A stretch of 64,000 bases of DNA from assembly GCA_965112155.1 (NCBI GenBank), contig OZ218105.1, one strand, 5' to 3'. This DNA comes from Podarcis liolepis. Taxonomy: Eukaryota. Positions within the stretch are counted from its first letter, which is position 1. The number at the start of each line of letters is the position of its first letter. Under the pieces are notes generated by a model. That model worked only from the letters and a program-made list of their open reading frames with translations. It did no database searches and was not told the DNA's origin. The position numbers and the translations under genes are program-made. This document shows, piece by piece, positions 12,568-26,046 of the stretch.

Positions 12568-12997
12568 CTCGTAACTTCAGACTGCACATGGACACAGTAT
12601 ATTTTAAAATATGTATTTTAATATAAAAATAACCTTATAAATATTCCCAGTTATAAACACACAAACCCAAAGAAAACTAGAACATCCTCAGGAGTTAGTC
12701 AAGCCCTCTCCTTCATGTTCTCCTTTTGTACATAGAGGGAAGTTTGGGCTTTTATATGACGGAGCACTAAGAAATAGACCCTCTGACATGCACAATGAAC
12801 TAGCATGTTCCACATTGTTTGGTCTCTCACTTTGCTCTGCACAAAGTGATCTCGACTTCATCAACATAGTTTGTTCTGAAAAGAAAAGATCAACCAATGC
12901 TTCACTGGTGACATTCCAAAGTCTTCATTCATAACCTTTAGGACTGTGGCCCACAGACAGGTCACAGAGTACTTCAGACCTCAAGTACTCAAGTAAT

Positions 12998-13491
12998 CAG
13001 TGCTGGATTTACGTTTAAGCTAAACAAGCTATAGCTTAGGGCCCCACTTTCTTGGGGGCCCCCAAAAAAATTAAAGGCAAAAAAACTGGATGTACATTTC
13101 CAAAATATAAGATAAAAACAAATAGAATAAAACCTACATATAGCAACAGTGTTTTGTGTTGTGTAGGCCCCTATAATGTAAGTAATGGGCCCTGCCTGCC
13201 AGCCTGCTCCCTAAAATATCACTGGTTTGCTCATTTCTATATATAGGGTATCTACATTCTGTATGGACTGTTTGCATACTTCTTAATTGTATTTCAGTTC
13301 AACAATTACTTTGATAAAATACATATTTTGTTATGTGCTTTAGATACCTATTGGGTCCATAAATCGCCATATAGTATATATTCAACACAAAAAACAGTGA
13401 CAATTTGTTGTTGACAAAGGACAGCTGGACATATAAAGGGCCCCATTACCTTCAGTAGCTTAGGGCCTCATCAAACCTAAACCTGGCCCTG
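12998..13491. mobile_element. Non-autonomous hAT element
   Basis: CAGTGCTGGATTTA...TAAACCTGGCCCTG; TSD CAAGTAAT/CATGTAAT. Confidence 0.8.
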
Positions 13492-13661
13492 CATGTAATG
13501 CATTTTTTTCATGGCTCTGCCCTATATGACAGTGTTCAGGAACATCTCTGTAGTCAGGGCTAGTATGAAACAGGCGCCTAGCACTCGGAGATGGGCTGCA
13601 AACAGCAAATCCCACTTTTGGTAGCTTCTCTGAAACAGGTGATTGTGTTGGTTGTGATCAA

Positions 13662-14487
13662 CAGGGACGTCTTTACCACTGGGCATAGTGGTGTGGCGAG
13701 CCAGGGTGCCAAGCAGTGGAGAGCACCAGGCGGAGAGTCTGGGGAGGGGAGAGCGGGGAGGTAAGTGAGGCGAAGCAGGGGCTTGGTGCCTGCGCACCTC
13801 CAGTGCTTGTCGGAGGCGGGAAGGCTCCGGATGCTTTCCTGCAGTCCGGAGCTCTCTCTGCTGGCTCCGCAACACACCACCTCCTCGGCTGTGTGGTGTG
13901 TGCTTGTATCCCAAGCTCTGCATATAATAAACATGACTCTACCACCGCTCCCCCCATCCACTCTACCTCAAAAGATCCCTGCGCTTGTGGCTACACACTG
14001 CAACTGCTGCCCGCAGCGCCCCTCCCTCCTTCCCCACCGCCTTGCACAGAGCTGCCCCCACCACCTCTGCACTCCTTCACACGAACCAGGTTTTCTTCCC
14101 CTGCCCAATCCCCTCCCAGTCACACACTCTCTCCCCCCTTCCTCCCCAAGCAAGGATGGCGAGACTGTGGCTGAGTGAGCACGCTTCTCTACTGCGGCGA
14201 TGCAGACGGCCCAGCTCGCTTTGCCTGTCCCTGCCCGGATGAGACCCCCGCCTGCCTCCCCATCGTGCCTGGCTTCCCAGCCTCACACCATGATCCTGCC
14301 ACAGGAACTGGCCTCGTGTAAGCAGCACGGGGCAGCAGCGCAAGGGCGGGAGCAGCCTTTCCTAAAAAAAGGCCAACAACTTGAGGATTCCCGCCCCCCT
14401 TAATAAACGTTGACAACTCTGGGAAATGGGGGTGTGTGCTGGAGGGATCTTTGCACCACAGCACCGGATATGCTTAAGACAGCCCTG
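13662..14487. mobile_element. Non-autonomous hAT element with GC-rich interior
   Basis: CAGGGACGTCTT...AAGACAGCCCTG; perfect TSD GTGATCAA. Confidence 0.85.
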
Positions 14488-15422
14488 GTGATCAACAAAG
14501 CATATGCTGTAGCACTGGGCCACAAACTTCAATGTCCACATGTGTAGAAGCTTCTCACTTTCTTCTATGAAGGAAAATGCTTATTTGTCTGCATTGTAGG
14601 CTTTCTATATTATATGCTAAAACAATCTCCTGAACGTGAAAGAAAATGAGGAAAACCCTGGGCTTATAGGCCCCTGTGCATGCATCTGAACTCCTGCATA
14701 ACCGGCTGATTGCTATGTAGCATCCAGTACTGATTTATTCCCAGTGTCAGAAACATGATACATCTCCTCAGTTCTGAGATTGGATTGGAAAAGAGAACTC
14801 AAAATAGAAAGAGAAATTGTCCCTTTGTTTCCATGCCTTTTGATCAAAGTAGACATGATATATTCATTCGCTTAATTTTTAGCTCACCTTTCAGTTCAAA
14901 GAACATCTCCAGCATAGTTCCTAGAAAATAAAATTAGGCTTTCTAAACCATTCAATTATTAAAACAGCTAAAATATCCAATTACCATATGCAGTTCAAAT
15001 CACCAATCAGCCACAGCAAAAATAAACAGGAGCACAAAGATATTCATTATCAACTAACTCGAGACTTTAAGAAACAGAAATCTTCCCACCCTGGTTCAAC
15101 TTCTTAATCCAGAGATGAGTTACATTGGTAGATTTCCTTAGGCAGGAAGTTCCATGGGGAAGAGACAAATATTGAAAATACTGATTCTTTTAAGTGCCTT
15201 ATGGGCACAAAAATCTGTAGAACCCAAAGTAGGGCCGAATCTAAGGACCTAATCATACAAGGAAGTTAATACAGGAACAAACATTCCCTTAACAGCGAAA
15301 GCCTATGCATGCTTATTCAGGAGCATGTCCAATATTATCCAATGGAACATATGTGGGCACAGAATGTCAGCCTGGCAGAGCAATGCCAGGCTTGGGCTGT
15401 GTGGCTTGGACAGAGGTGCTGT

Positions 15423-15693
15423 CAGGGCCGCCTTACCCATAGACGCTAGGGGTGTGGGGCACCCAGGTGCCAGGCTCTCAGGGGCACCAGGCTGCGAATC
15501 CAGGGCCTGAGAATTGAGTCTGGGGAAGAGCCCACCCGTCGGTCAGTTGGAGCGCTGTGGTGGGCTCTTCTGCTGCGGGCGGCTCTGCAAGACACTGAGG
15601 CAGCCGGCCTACTCCGCCCTCCTGCATGCCTGGGAATGGGCAACCGGGGGGGGGGGGAGAGATCTTTGCACACCTCTGCTTAATACAGCCCTG
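15423..15693. mobile_element. Non-autonomous hAT element with the same termini as 13662-14487
   Basis: CAGGGCCGCCTTA...TAATACAGCCCTG; TSD GGTGCTGT/GGTGTTGT. Confidence 0.8.
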
Positions 15694-16001
15694 GGTGTTG
15701 TCCCCTCCACCAGCTAAACCAGCCTCCTGCTAGCCACTACCAACAGAGTGACACAAGCCTTAGTACAGCATTCCCCTACTGCCTGTCAAACAGATAGGTG
15801 GCAGTGCCATCAGTGGGATTCCCACTCCAGAAAACAGCAGGTGGTCTTGAAATCAGGCTTTCTGGAGGCAGGGTGAGGCTGAGCTGGCCTGGGATCCATT
15901 GGATCCCAAGCTGAGCACACTGATGTCATGTGATGGCAGAGAGCTCAATCGCTGTGCCAGCTTGCAAACAATCGTTCCATCATGAGTTGTAAAGGTGCAT
16001 T

Positions 16002-16449
16002 GTTGTTGTTGTTTAGTCATTTAGTCGTGTCCGACTCTTCGTGACCCCATGGACCAGAGCACGCCAGGCACTCCTGTCTTCCACTGCCTTCCGCAGTTTG
16101 GTCAGACTCATGTTGGAAGCTTCGAGAACACTGTCCAACCATCTTGTCCTCTGTCGTCCCCTTCTTGTGCCCTCCATCTTTCCCAACATCAGGGTCTTTT
16201 CCAGGGAGTCTTCTCTTCTCATGAGGTGGCCAAAGTATTGGAGCCTCAGCTTCAGGATCTGTCCTTCCAGTGAGCACTCAGGGCTGATTTCCTTCGGAAT
16301 GGATAGGTTTGATCTTCTTGCAGTCCATGGGACTCTCAAGAGTCTCCTCCAGCACCATAGTTCAAAAGCATCAATTCTTCGGCGATCAGCCTTCTTTATG
16401 GTCCAGCTCTCACTTCCATACATCATACATCCATACATCACTACTGGGG
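16002..16449 (-). mobile_element. RTE/BovB LINE 3' end, 5' truncated
   Basis: YGSESWTIKKADRRRIDAFELWCWRRLLRVPWTARRSN...WRALVHGVTKSRTRLND; (CAA)n tail; 11-bp TSD AAAGGTGCATT. Confidence 0.93.
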
Positions 16450-17415
16450 AAAGGTGCATTAGCAGTGCCAAAACCCCACCCACTGGGGACAAAAGGTTTG
16501 GATTGTGCTATAAGAAATTTTGGCCTCCTGTGATGTTGTGCATCCTTCACTTTGTATGTGAGCACTCAGCTTTTCTCAGAAGTCCTGAGTGACAACTTGG
16601 ACCTTTACAAAGCATTATTTGATCTAGGCAAGTTTTCCAGGTGTACTCAGATTTCCCCTACAACTCTGAAGGCAACCAACGTTAAAAGTGAGCAAACTGC
16701 TATGCTCAGGTTTCTAATTAGAGCCCGCATACTGAATTTCCTACTGCTTGCTTGGAAAGCTGATCTTACTTTGAACTATGTAATATCCACACAGATCAGT
16801 TGAATGTTACCTGACTTTACCCCATCCTTGAGCAGAAAGGTGACAAACCCTACTGAGAAATTTGGGCTTATTTACATTAAAAAGAGAGGACTTCTTTTTA
16901 AAAGTCCAACACATGTGTTGCCTGAACAGAGCCATCCAAAACCACCTCAGATTTTGCTTCAGGCAAAACCCAGTGGCAGTTCCATTTCCAAGATCCACCA
17001 GTTTCTGAGGCCATGTAAACTAAAGAAACCATTCTTGCTTTTAGATTTAATTTTCAAAATAGGGGGTGGAGATCATTAATGGCACTAGACAGTTAGTGCC
17101 ATAACCACGGCAGGGTTCCTATTTGCATTTGAATTTTTAAACATTTGCAAGAAAAGTAGCGGTAAGAGGCTTTTGAAGCAGTATAATCTTTTCCCACCAC
17201 AAGAAAAAACACACCCTTGTCTCTGACAGGTACTCCTTTCCACTGTGTTCAGATTAACTCTTGTCTTGTGGTGCTTTCCTCAACTCACCAGGCCACTGAG
17301 GAGCCTTCTCTGTTTCTTCTCATGGCATTTTAAAATTATGTATGCAGATGAAACACCTATGAATGTGTGCACACTCTCTCTCACAAGTTTCTTGCATTGT
17401 TGTTTTATTTCCCAG

Positions 17416-17603
17416 GCACATATCAGTTCAGCTCCCTGGAGTCTGCACCACTCGGAAGTTCGCTTGGCAGAATAAAAGCCAATGACCCCGATATGGGTGA
17501 AAATGCTGAGATTGAGTACAGCATAGCTCCCGGCGATGGATCGGACGTCTTTGATATCATCACTGACAAGGACACACAGGAAGGGATTATAACTGTCAAA
17601 AAG
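17416..17603 (+). CDS. CDH9: Cadherin exon ([36 protein letters not shown]...QEGIITVKK)
   Basis: cccag acceptor, AAG|gtttat donor, 188 bp, phase 1-0. Confidence 0.95.
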
Positions 17604-20517
17604 GTTTATTTTTCCTCCTTCTCTTTTTATTGGACTTAGCACTCCAGGTCTTAGGGTGTGTGTTTTCTCCCAGACAGGAGGGAGGAGAAGGTTCCCTGTG
17701 AGGTCAGCTGCAGAGAAGCTAGCATATTATGTCTGTTCTTCTTCTTTTCATTGCCAGGTAACCGTTAAACTTCAGAACTTGTGGTGTGGTTTTTTTTGTT
17801 TTGTTTTGAGTATGTCAGTTCACCTATAGAGATATCCTTGGGAGCTCAGGCCTGTCAGATGCATTCAGACATCCCTGCATGACAACTTCTGAAGGATGGA
17901 TATGTCAGGGTAAGGGAGGGTGGTTAGCTTCACAAAGCAGCCCACCAGGTGAACTCTTGCCGTTTGGTTTGCAGTGAATGGAGACAGCCAAACTATGAAA
18001 TCTGGTCCTGAAGATAGAGGTCTGAGGAATTCCAGCCTCTAATGAGCACATTCCATGGGCAGCCTTTGGTCTACTAATGAGACCTTCCCTGCTGCCTGGA
18101 CTCTGTCAAACAGCTATATATATAAAATGTGAACACACATAAATTTAATGTGGCCTTATAGCTACTGCTTTTCCTTTAAAGGAGATGGGCACAAATTGAA
18201 ATTGTGTCAGCAATACTTGGGTTCTAAGGCTTCCTCTCACCTTACTAATAAATATTTTGATGGGATCTTAACAGTCTCAAGCTTTTGGGGGGATGCCTCA
18301 TACCTGTGTCCTCCCTGCATGCCTGTTGGCTGTCTTCTCCACTCAAACACCTGCAGGTCAAGAAATTCTGTGGGCAAATTCCTTTAAGGAACTGCTGGCC
18401 CAGGGCATCTGCTCTCAGGTCTCTCTTGATCTCCCATTGGCTAGCATACAGATGACTTCTACTCACAGGTTATCTTGAAAGAGTGAGAGAAAATAATAAT
18501 AATTTGTGTGCCAGAACAAATCTATACCCTGTCTCTCCATAGTGCAAGGAGGTTGCAGGATAGACATATTATTTATTTTCAACAGTGTAGTATGTGCCTC
18601 TAAACTACAGTATGTGTTATAGCTCGCAGCTAGGCAGGAGTTAAATTGTATGCACATTAAAATATTTGGACAGCTTTCTGCTGTAGTGGGGACCACATGC
18701 CCTACTATGGGCATAGCCCAGATTTAAGGGGAGAGGGGCAAAACTTTTGTTGGGAAAACAGTGGGCTATATGTGTCCAGTCAAGTTATCCCATTAGGACA
18801 AGGAATCACACATGTTCAATGAGACTTCCTCTCTCTCTTCTCCCTGTACACACCTGCGCCACCCCCCCCCAAGACTGTTCTAGGATTTCCACACACCCCA
18901 ACCCTCCAGAGCTGATTGGGGGTTGGGTGGGTGGGGAGAAGAGGGAGATGAAGTCCTATTGCACAGACAGAAGTCCTTACACTAATGGGAAAACTTAATC
19001 AAATTTAACCCTATGAGATTACAAGAGAGTAGTAACCCAAAGCACAGGTTACCCATAGACTACTATAACTCTTCACTTGGTTCATATATTGAGCTAGAAC
19101 AGCGCTGCAGTAGCTTGGTAGATCAATTCTCTCCACTATACAGATGGACCCTGCTTGAACTGTGCCCTTCACACAAGCCAAATCCTTCAAACTGGAAAGC
19201 CTAGAGGAGATCATGTGAGATGGAGCATGGTCTGCCTAATCCAAGTGCTCACAGGGCAGGCCCAGTTCATATTGGAGGTTGTGTGGAGAGTAGCTTGCAC
19301 TGCTCCTTCACCTCTGCCAATTCACCATCATCTCCCAAGGAATGTAAGAGCCATAGTAACAGTCACCCAATTAAATTCACAAGTTTAAGTGACAGCAAAG
19401 CAGGAACAGTTTTACTAAAATTCAAGTTGCATTTCTGGCTTTAGGTTTACTTTGTCAGTACAACATCACATAGTTTTACACTGTAATTACAAGGGCCAAA
19501 CTAAATGTTAATGAATGCACCATTCAAAACTCCATATTCCCTTTGTAATATTATTATGGGGGATTGTCAGTGGCATTTTCTGGGTTAAGTGGGTGAATAG
19601 GAGGAGATCTGGGCAAAGCTAAACATCCTCTTTTCTTTCCTTATCTTCTCCTGATGAACGTTTTTTCTCTCTTTGCTGAGTTCAGCTTTAGTTAAAAATG
19701 AGCATCCTGAAGGTGCCAAGATTTATCCTAAATGAGAACAATTTCTGGCTCACATATATATATTCTACTGATTGTTACAGGACTATGTTTAGAATGGGTG
19801 TAATTTTGAGTCAACAGCAATTAGTCATTGATTTTGTGGATTGCAGCTAATGGTGCATGCAACATGCAGTGTGTTTTGGCAGATCTCAGAGAGATGAAAC
19901 AGTGATTTGTATTGATGGATATATAAGAACCAACACACCCACCCCAAACAAAACTTTAAAAATGCCACAGTAGGCAAAATTAAGTTGACGAGGGGCCTTT
20001 ATCAGAGCCATTATTATTTCAGAGATCATTATTGCAGCAATTAAGGCTGAATCCCTAAGCCCATTCACTTGGGTAAGTAAGTTTCATTGATTTCAATGGA
20101 ATGTACTCTGAAATAAATACCGGAATTTTGTATGAGTCTGGTGCATAGGTTTTGAAGATTGGTATAACAAATACATAATGACACTTCGCTCTCACAAATT
20201 CACGCTGAATGGATGAATCAAAATTGTGAGTGTACTTCCCCAAGATGACATTGAAAACTTGGTTCACGCATTGTCTAACATGTTCGGGTTATAAGAAAAG
20301 TCTGAAAATGGGATATTATTCACCTCTCTGCTTCAAAAGCTGGGACAAGAAATAGCAGCCAGCAACTGCAACACAGCCCAAGAGGAGATGGAAAGTTGCT
20401 TGGTGAGAGTTCCCGTTCACAAAATTTAAACTATGGAAGTATCTTCACAGTGGTAAATGGTGTATCTGTTATTGTGGAAAGCAGGAACTAAAACTAAATG
20501 AGTCAAACATACTAGTA

Positions 20518-20768
20518 CAGTAGTACCTTGGTTGTTGAACTTAATCCATTCCAGGAGACCATTCGACTCCCAGAACCATTCGAAAACCAAGGCACTGCTT
20601 CCTATTGGCTGCAGGAGCTTCCTGCATTCAATCGGAAGCCATATAAGCTGTGTCAGACTTTCGGCTTCCAAAAAACGTTCACAAACCAGAACACTCACTT
20701 CCAGGTTTGCGGTGTTTGGGAGCCGATTTGTTTGGGAGCCAAGCCGTTTGACAACCAAGGTACCAGTG
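20518..20768. mobile_element. Tc1/mariner-type MITE
   Basis: TA|CAGTAGTACCTTGGTTGT...ACAACCAAGGTACCAGTG|TA. Confidence 0.85.
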
Positions 20769-21078
20769 TACCTGGAAATGGGATGTTTCAAGTAGGTCTT
20801 ACAAGACTGAGGAAGGAGAATTTGCAGTGGGAGAACATACCTAGTGTTGCATTATGACTGAGCAGACCCAAGTTCAACTCCCTACACAGTTAAGAAGCTC
20901 ACTGGGTGACCTTAGGCCAATCCAAATCTGTCAGCCTAACGAGCCTCACAAATTCATGGTGAAGATATAATTAGAGGAGGCAGGAGTAGGTGCACCATTT
21001 TGAAAAGTGGGGCACTGTATTAGTAGCTAGCTCTATGCTTTTTCCCCACTGCCTTTAAAAATTATCTAAGCACATTAA

Positions 21079-21322
21079 CTCCTGCCAACCTAGCAGTTCT
21101 AAAGCACACCAAAGTGCAAGTAGATAAATAGGTACCACTCCGGCGGGAAGGTAAACGGCATTTCTGTGCGCTGCTCTGGTTCACCAGAAGCGGCTTAGTC
21201 ATGCTGGCCACATGACCCGGAAGCTGTACGCCGGCTCCCTCGGCCAATAAAGCGAGATGAGGGCCACAACCCCAGAGTCGGCCACAACTGGACCTAATGG
21301 CCAGGGGTCCCTTTACCTTTAC
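21079..21322 (+). mobile_element. Sauria-type SINE, 5' truncated
   Basis: Family body and TTTACC tail; 13-bp TSD CTAAGCACATTAA. Confidence 0.9.
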
Positions 21323-21852
21323 CTAAGCACATTAAAGTAATATAATAAAATTTACTAAGAGTAAAAATGTGGCAAGATACTGCCTCGTTTATCGTCTTTC
21401 CCCCACAAAACACTGTCAGAAATTGAGAAGAGAACATATTACCATGTCGTCGTCCCCCCATCATTTTGTTGTGATGGAATAGAACAGTTGGGAAACTGTC
21501 TTGGTGGATGATAGATAAGAACATAGTAATCTGCCTTATAGCAAGTCAGGCCTTTGAGCCCATGTAGATCTGTATTATCTGCCCTGATTGGCAGCGACTC
21601 TTCACATTTCCAGTCTTACCCGGAGATGCAAGGTCTTGAACCTGGGACCTTTTGCATGCAAAACAGGTGCTCTACCACTTAGTAGTATGACTGATCACAG
21701 GACAGATAGAAATTTCGGAGTTAGCAAAAAGATTTATATCAAGTGGTTTCCAACAGTGCTAGTTCTACTTCGTTATCCTTCTGAAATGTAGTTGTTTTTC
21801 TATGTGACATTCTTTTCCATTTCTTCTCCCCCACCCCACCTTTGACTGCAAG

Positions 21853-22106
21853 CAATTAGATTTCGAAAAGAAGAATCTTTATGTCCTAAAAGTGGAGGCA
21901 ACCAACGTTCATCCTGACCCGCGATTTTTCTACCTGGGACCATTTAAGGACTCAGCCTTGGTCAAAATTTATGTGGAAGATATTGACGAACCACCAGTGT
22001 TTAGCATACCTTCTAATTTACTAGAAGTAGATGAAGATGCCAGGGAAGGTAGTATCATTGGGCAAGTGGTAGCTCAGGATCCGGATGCAGCAAGGAACAT
22101 AATAAA
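21853..22106 (+). CDS. CDH9: Cadherin exon ([25 protein letters not shown]...EDIDEPPVF...DPDAARNII)
   Basis: tgcaag acceptor, AA|gtaagt donor, 254 bp, phase 0-2; LDFE and DIDEPP motifs. Confidence 0.93.
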
Positions 22107-22999
22107 GTAAGTCAACTTCCACAAACAGCGCAAATAGGCATCAAGTGTGCAATGTCCTTGCATTTCTCTAACAAAATAAAAAGAAAAAAGGGAGGCATAA
22201 AACCTTAAATCTTGCTTAACAGCCATTGTTGAAATCTTGTGATTTGAAGATATTATTGAAGTGCTTACTAATTTCAACAAGGATAAGTCCACAGTACTAT
22301 AATTATTGCTATTACTGTCGTTAGCATTTTATTATTATGTGTTACACTAAGGAGGTCAGAATGGATTATGTATGGTTCTTGCGTGCCACTTTGAGCATTA
22401 TTTGGAAACGTGACATATAAGTAAATTGGATGACGGTAACTCAAAAGTAGTCTCTTATCGAGGCAACTTATAAGGCCAAAATCTTCCGCAGTAAAACTGC
22501 AACATGTGACTTCCTACCATTTTTCTAGACTGGTCCATATATCACTTCTTTTTGAATAGTTATGTTTACTTCAGTTGAAATTCACATAGCTGTTTTGTTG
22601 TTACAGAGCTGTGAATTTCATTATTTGATGCATAACTCAGTAAGAATCTTGGTTCTTCATATTGTGTTTATATTTTAAATGATATGTTCAGTTCATAGAT
22701 TACTATTTCAGTTATAATATTACAGAGCTTTTACATCTGGCATTCAGTTGTTTGGATGTTTGGATTCTGGTTTCTTCCCATCTTTTACTGTAAGGTTCAA
22801 CTCCATTTTGATGTAAAAATATTTAGTAACGTATTTTGGGTAGCACAGCAGTTAGATTGTGTGTGTGTGTGTGTGTGTGTGTACTTATATACTGGTTATA
22901 AAGTGCACTATTTTAAACCTCTGTTAAATGTTCAAAAAATTAATTAAAATCACAGTATGACTAGAAGACCAAGAGGCAGCCTGTGTTGTAATTTGACAG

Positions 23000-23136
23000 A
23001 TATACTTTGGATCGGCACACTGATTTGGACAGAATATTCAACATCCACTCAGGAAATGGGTCCATATTTGTCTCAAAGACACTTGACCGAGAAGCGGCCC
23101 CATGGCACAATCTCACTGTCATAGCAACTGAAATCA
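23000..23136 (+). CDS. CDH9: Cadherin exon ([45 protein letters not shown])
   Basis: gacag acceptor, A|gtaagt donor, 137 bp, phase 2-1; LDRE motif. Confidence 0.95.
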
Positions 23137-23865
23137 GTAAGTGGCAGGTCATCCTGTTGCATGGTTTTAAGTGTTTCCATATATATATATATCTGCACAA
23201 TATCACACCCAGTACTGCAACAATATATTCTGGGCAGTATCCAACTAAATAGCTATGAGAGTGCAATGACTTTTAGCTGCACAATGTAACTTCCATACCA
23301 CCCTAAATCTACTCTGAGTTTCCCCCCAACCCTCTGGAGAAGATTTAGTTGACATGTGGGGAGGTGTGGGGAGAGTAGCAGGTGGGGCAATTACTTCATA
23401 CAGCTAAAAGTTGTTGGGCTAGTGTAAATGTTTTGTTAGACACCCCCCACAGGTCACACATAGTGCTGTAACAATATATGTCCTTTAAAAATTTTACAGA
23501 TCCATGCAAAACGTATTGTTACAGTTTAACACTTAGACTGCAATTCTATGTACATGTCTTTGGGTGTAAGCCCTGCTGAACCCAGTGGGAGTTATTTCTG
23601 AGTAGACATGCATAGGGTTACATTGTAAATCGTAAAAGAGAAGATGCTGTTTATAGAACCACCCAGGGGTTGAAATGGTGTCTTGTGTGTTACTGTAGTT
23701 TTTATCAGGGGGTTCAATAACGACACCTAATATATCCTCTTATGAGATGGTTCCCCAGTCAATATTTAGAGGCCCTTTCGTGTATCTTTCTTGAGAGGAC
23801 TAATAGATCTATTGCCAAACTGGTAGCAAAATATGTGTATGTTGTCATGTCTCTTAGATCTGCTC

Positions 23866-23866
<1 letters not shown>

Positions 23867-23913
<47 letters not shown>
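23867..23913. repeat. (CT)n microsatellite
   Basis: Direct observation. Confidence 0.95.
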
Positions 23914-23918
<5 letters not shown>

Positions 23919-24865
23919 CTATTCTGGCTGTGGGAGGTAGAGAAAGAGTGATGAGGTTGCTGTGGTGCTAATACATTGACAGAGCCAATTTGGTATTCTC
24001 ACAGATGTGTTTGCACTGCATCAACCTTGTTTCTGCCTTATCCCACCTCCTCTGTTTCTCAGTATGCAGCAGTCACATGAATGACCATAGGTCATATGAA
24101 CAGTGGCTCCCCACCAAGCCACCCACAACTGGTAACAGCCCAAGAGTTTCAGCAATAAATTTATTTCCTTCTGAAAAATAAAGTCTGGCAGATGAAGATA
24201 CAGGGGAAGGTTCGAACCCCAAACACCAGCCTTGCTCTGTTTTCAGATGTAATGCACAAAACCTTGGTGACTTCATATATCTCCTTTCTTGGGAATGGAG
24301 AATTCCCTAAGTGGGAAAGTCTTCTGATCTGTGAAGGTACACTTTGGGCCTTTAGGCAGGAGACTACCCAGTCCCTGAGAAGGCAGAGCTTTGAACGTAG
24401 TAGTAGTGCAGTGAAAGTAAAGGGGACAGGTTAGGGAAGCTCTGGTGGGCTAGCAGCTCAACGACTTGCTGGAGAGAGAGTAGGGATGGGCTGTGCTTGT
24501 GTCCTCATCTCTAGCTGAGATTCAGGTAACAGCCTTAATAAATAACAAGATGAAAGATAAAACAACAACAACAACAAGGTAACAGCCTTGTTAGACTTCC
24601 ATTCCATTCCCCTGCTCTGCATATGAATGTACACATACACCCTTTGTTCCTTGACCCGCCCCTCCAGGATTTTGGGAAAACTTGGGATGGCTTTAAAAAA
24701 ATATAAATTATGTACTTCTGCAAACCTTGGGGTTCTGCCAGATATGCTGTTTCCTGCCTCTGGCAAGGTGGGTGGATTTTGCTACATAAGGATCAGCACT
24801 GACACTGCAACATCAGAAATAGTGGGAATTATGGTATAAGATTGTGGCTATTGTTTCTGTTTCAG

Positions 24866-24987
24866 GCAACCCCAAGCAAAGTACCCAGGCTCCCATTTTC
24901 ATCCGGATTTTAGATATAAATGACCACGCACCAGAATTTGCCAAGTACTATGAAACTTTTGTTTGTGAAAATGCAAAAGCGGGACAG
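24866..24987 (+). CDS. CDH9: Cadherin exon ([40 protein letters not shown])
   Basis: tttcag acceptor, CAG|gtaaat donor, 122 bp, phase 1-0; absent from the ORF track, translated by eye. Confidence 0.95.
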
Positions 24988-25393
24988 GTAAATGCATATT
25001 TACTGTTACCAACAAACTTGTAGATGAAATCTCAACACTTTCTGCACTTAGATCAATCCATAGTGGCGGTCTGACCCATGCTTGATTGGTAGAGATGGGG
25101 GAAAGGGTCATATTTTTGAATCCCCCTAATTCACACATTTGTTTGTCTAAGCATTTTGATTTCATCTCTTTTATAGCTGGCCACACTGACTATTTGATAA
25201 AAGGCAGTATGTAAAATTACGATAATTGAATACGTGTGCTCCTTTGAGAGGAAGAGTGGGATATAATTACTACTACTGCTACTACTACTACTACTACTAC
25301 TACTAATAATAATAATAATAATAATAATAGACATAACAACATATTACGACTGTGGAAAAAAAGTTACTGAATTAATTGTTCCATTCTATAAAC

Positions 25394-25582
25394 CAGTGGT
25401 TCCCAATTAGCTAAGCACCACAGACAACCCATTTTTCAAGAGCTAAACCATGGATCCCCTACTTTTCAAAATTTCGATATCTCTATGGTCGTTTTTGTTA
25501 TGTATTATAAGAAATAATAATTATAATGTGAATGGTGCCATGGACTCCCTGGGGTCCGCAGACCACCAATTGGGAACTACTG
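25394..25582. mobile_element. hAT-type MITE
   Basis: CAGTGGTTCCCAATT...AATTGGGAACTACTG; TSD CTATAAAC/TTCTAAAC. Confidence 0.75.
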
Positions 25583-25606
25583 TTCTAAACTGATATGTGT
25601 CTAAGG

Positions 25607-25792
25607 CCGGGGTAGTCAACCTTTTTATACCTACTGCCCACTAATGCATCTTTCTGGATGGTAAAATTTCCTAACAGCCCACCAGTGCTCGATGGAAGGA
25701 GGATTCAGCTTGTGCAATAGAACCCCCTACCACTCACCTAGAATCCTGAAACGCCCACTAGTGGGCAGTAGGGACCAGGCTGACAACCCCTG
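25607..25792. mobile_element. hAT-type MITE
   Basis: CCGGGGTAGTCA...TGACAACCCCTG; perfect TSD GTCTAAGG. Confidence 0.85.
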
Positions 25793-25806
25793 GTCTAAGG
25801 ACTATA

Positions 25807-26046
25807 CAGTCGTACTTTGGACTTAGTACTCGGATGTTTTGACTTCCAAACGCTGCAAACCCGGAAGTGAGTGTTCCAGTTTGTGAACGTTCTTTGGAAC
25901 CTGAACATCTGACGGGGCTTCCACAGCTTCTGATTGGCTGCAGGAGCTTCCTGCAGCCAATCATAAGCCGCACTTTGGTTTCTGAATGTTTTGGAAGTCG
26001 AATGGACTTCCAGAACGGATTCCGTTCGACTTCCAAGGCACAACTG
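25807..26046. mobile_element. Tc1/mariner-type MITE
   Basis: TA|CAGTCGTACTTTGGA...TCCAAGGCACAACTG|TA; related to 20518-20768 and 39983-40220. Confidence 0.8.
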
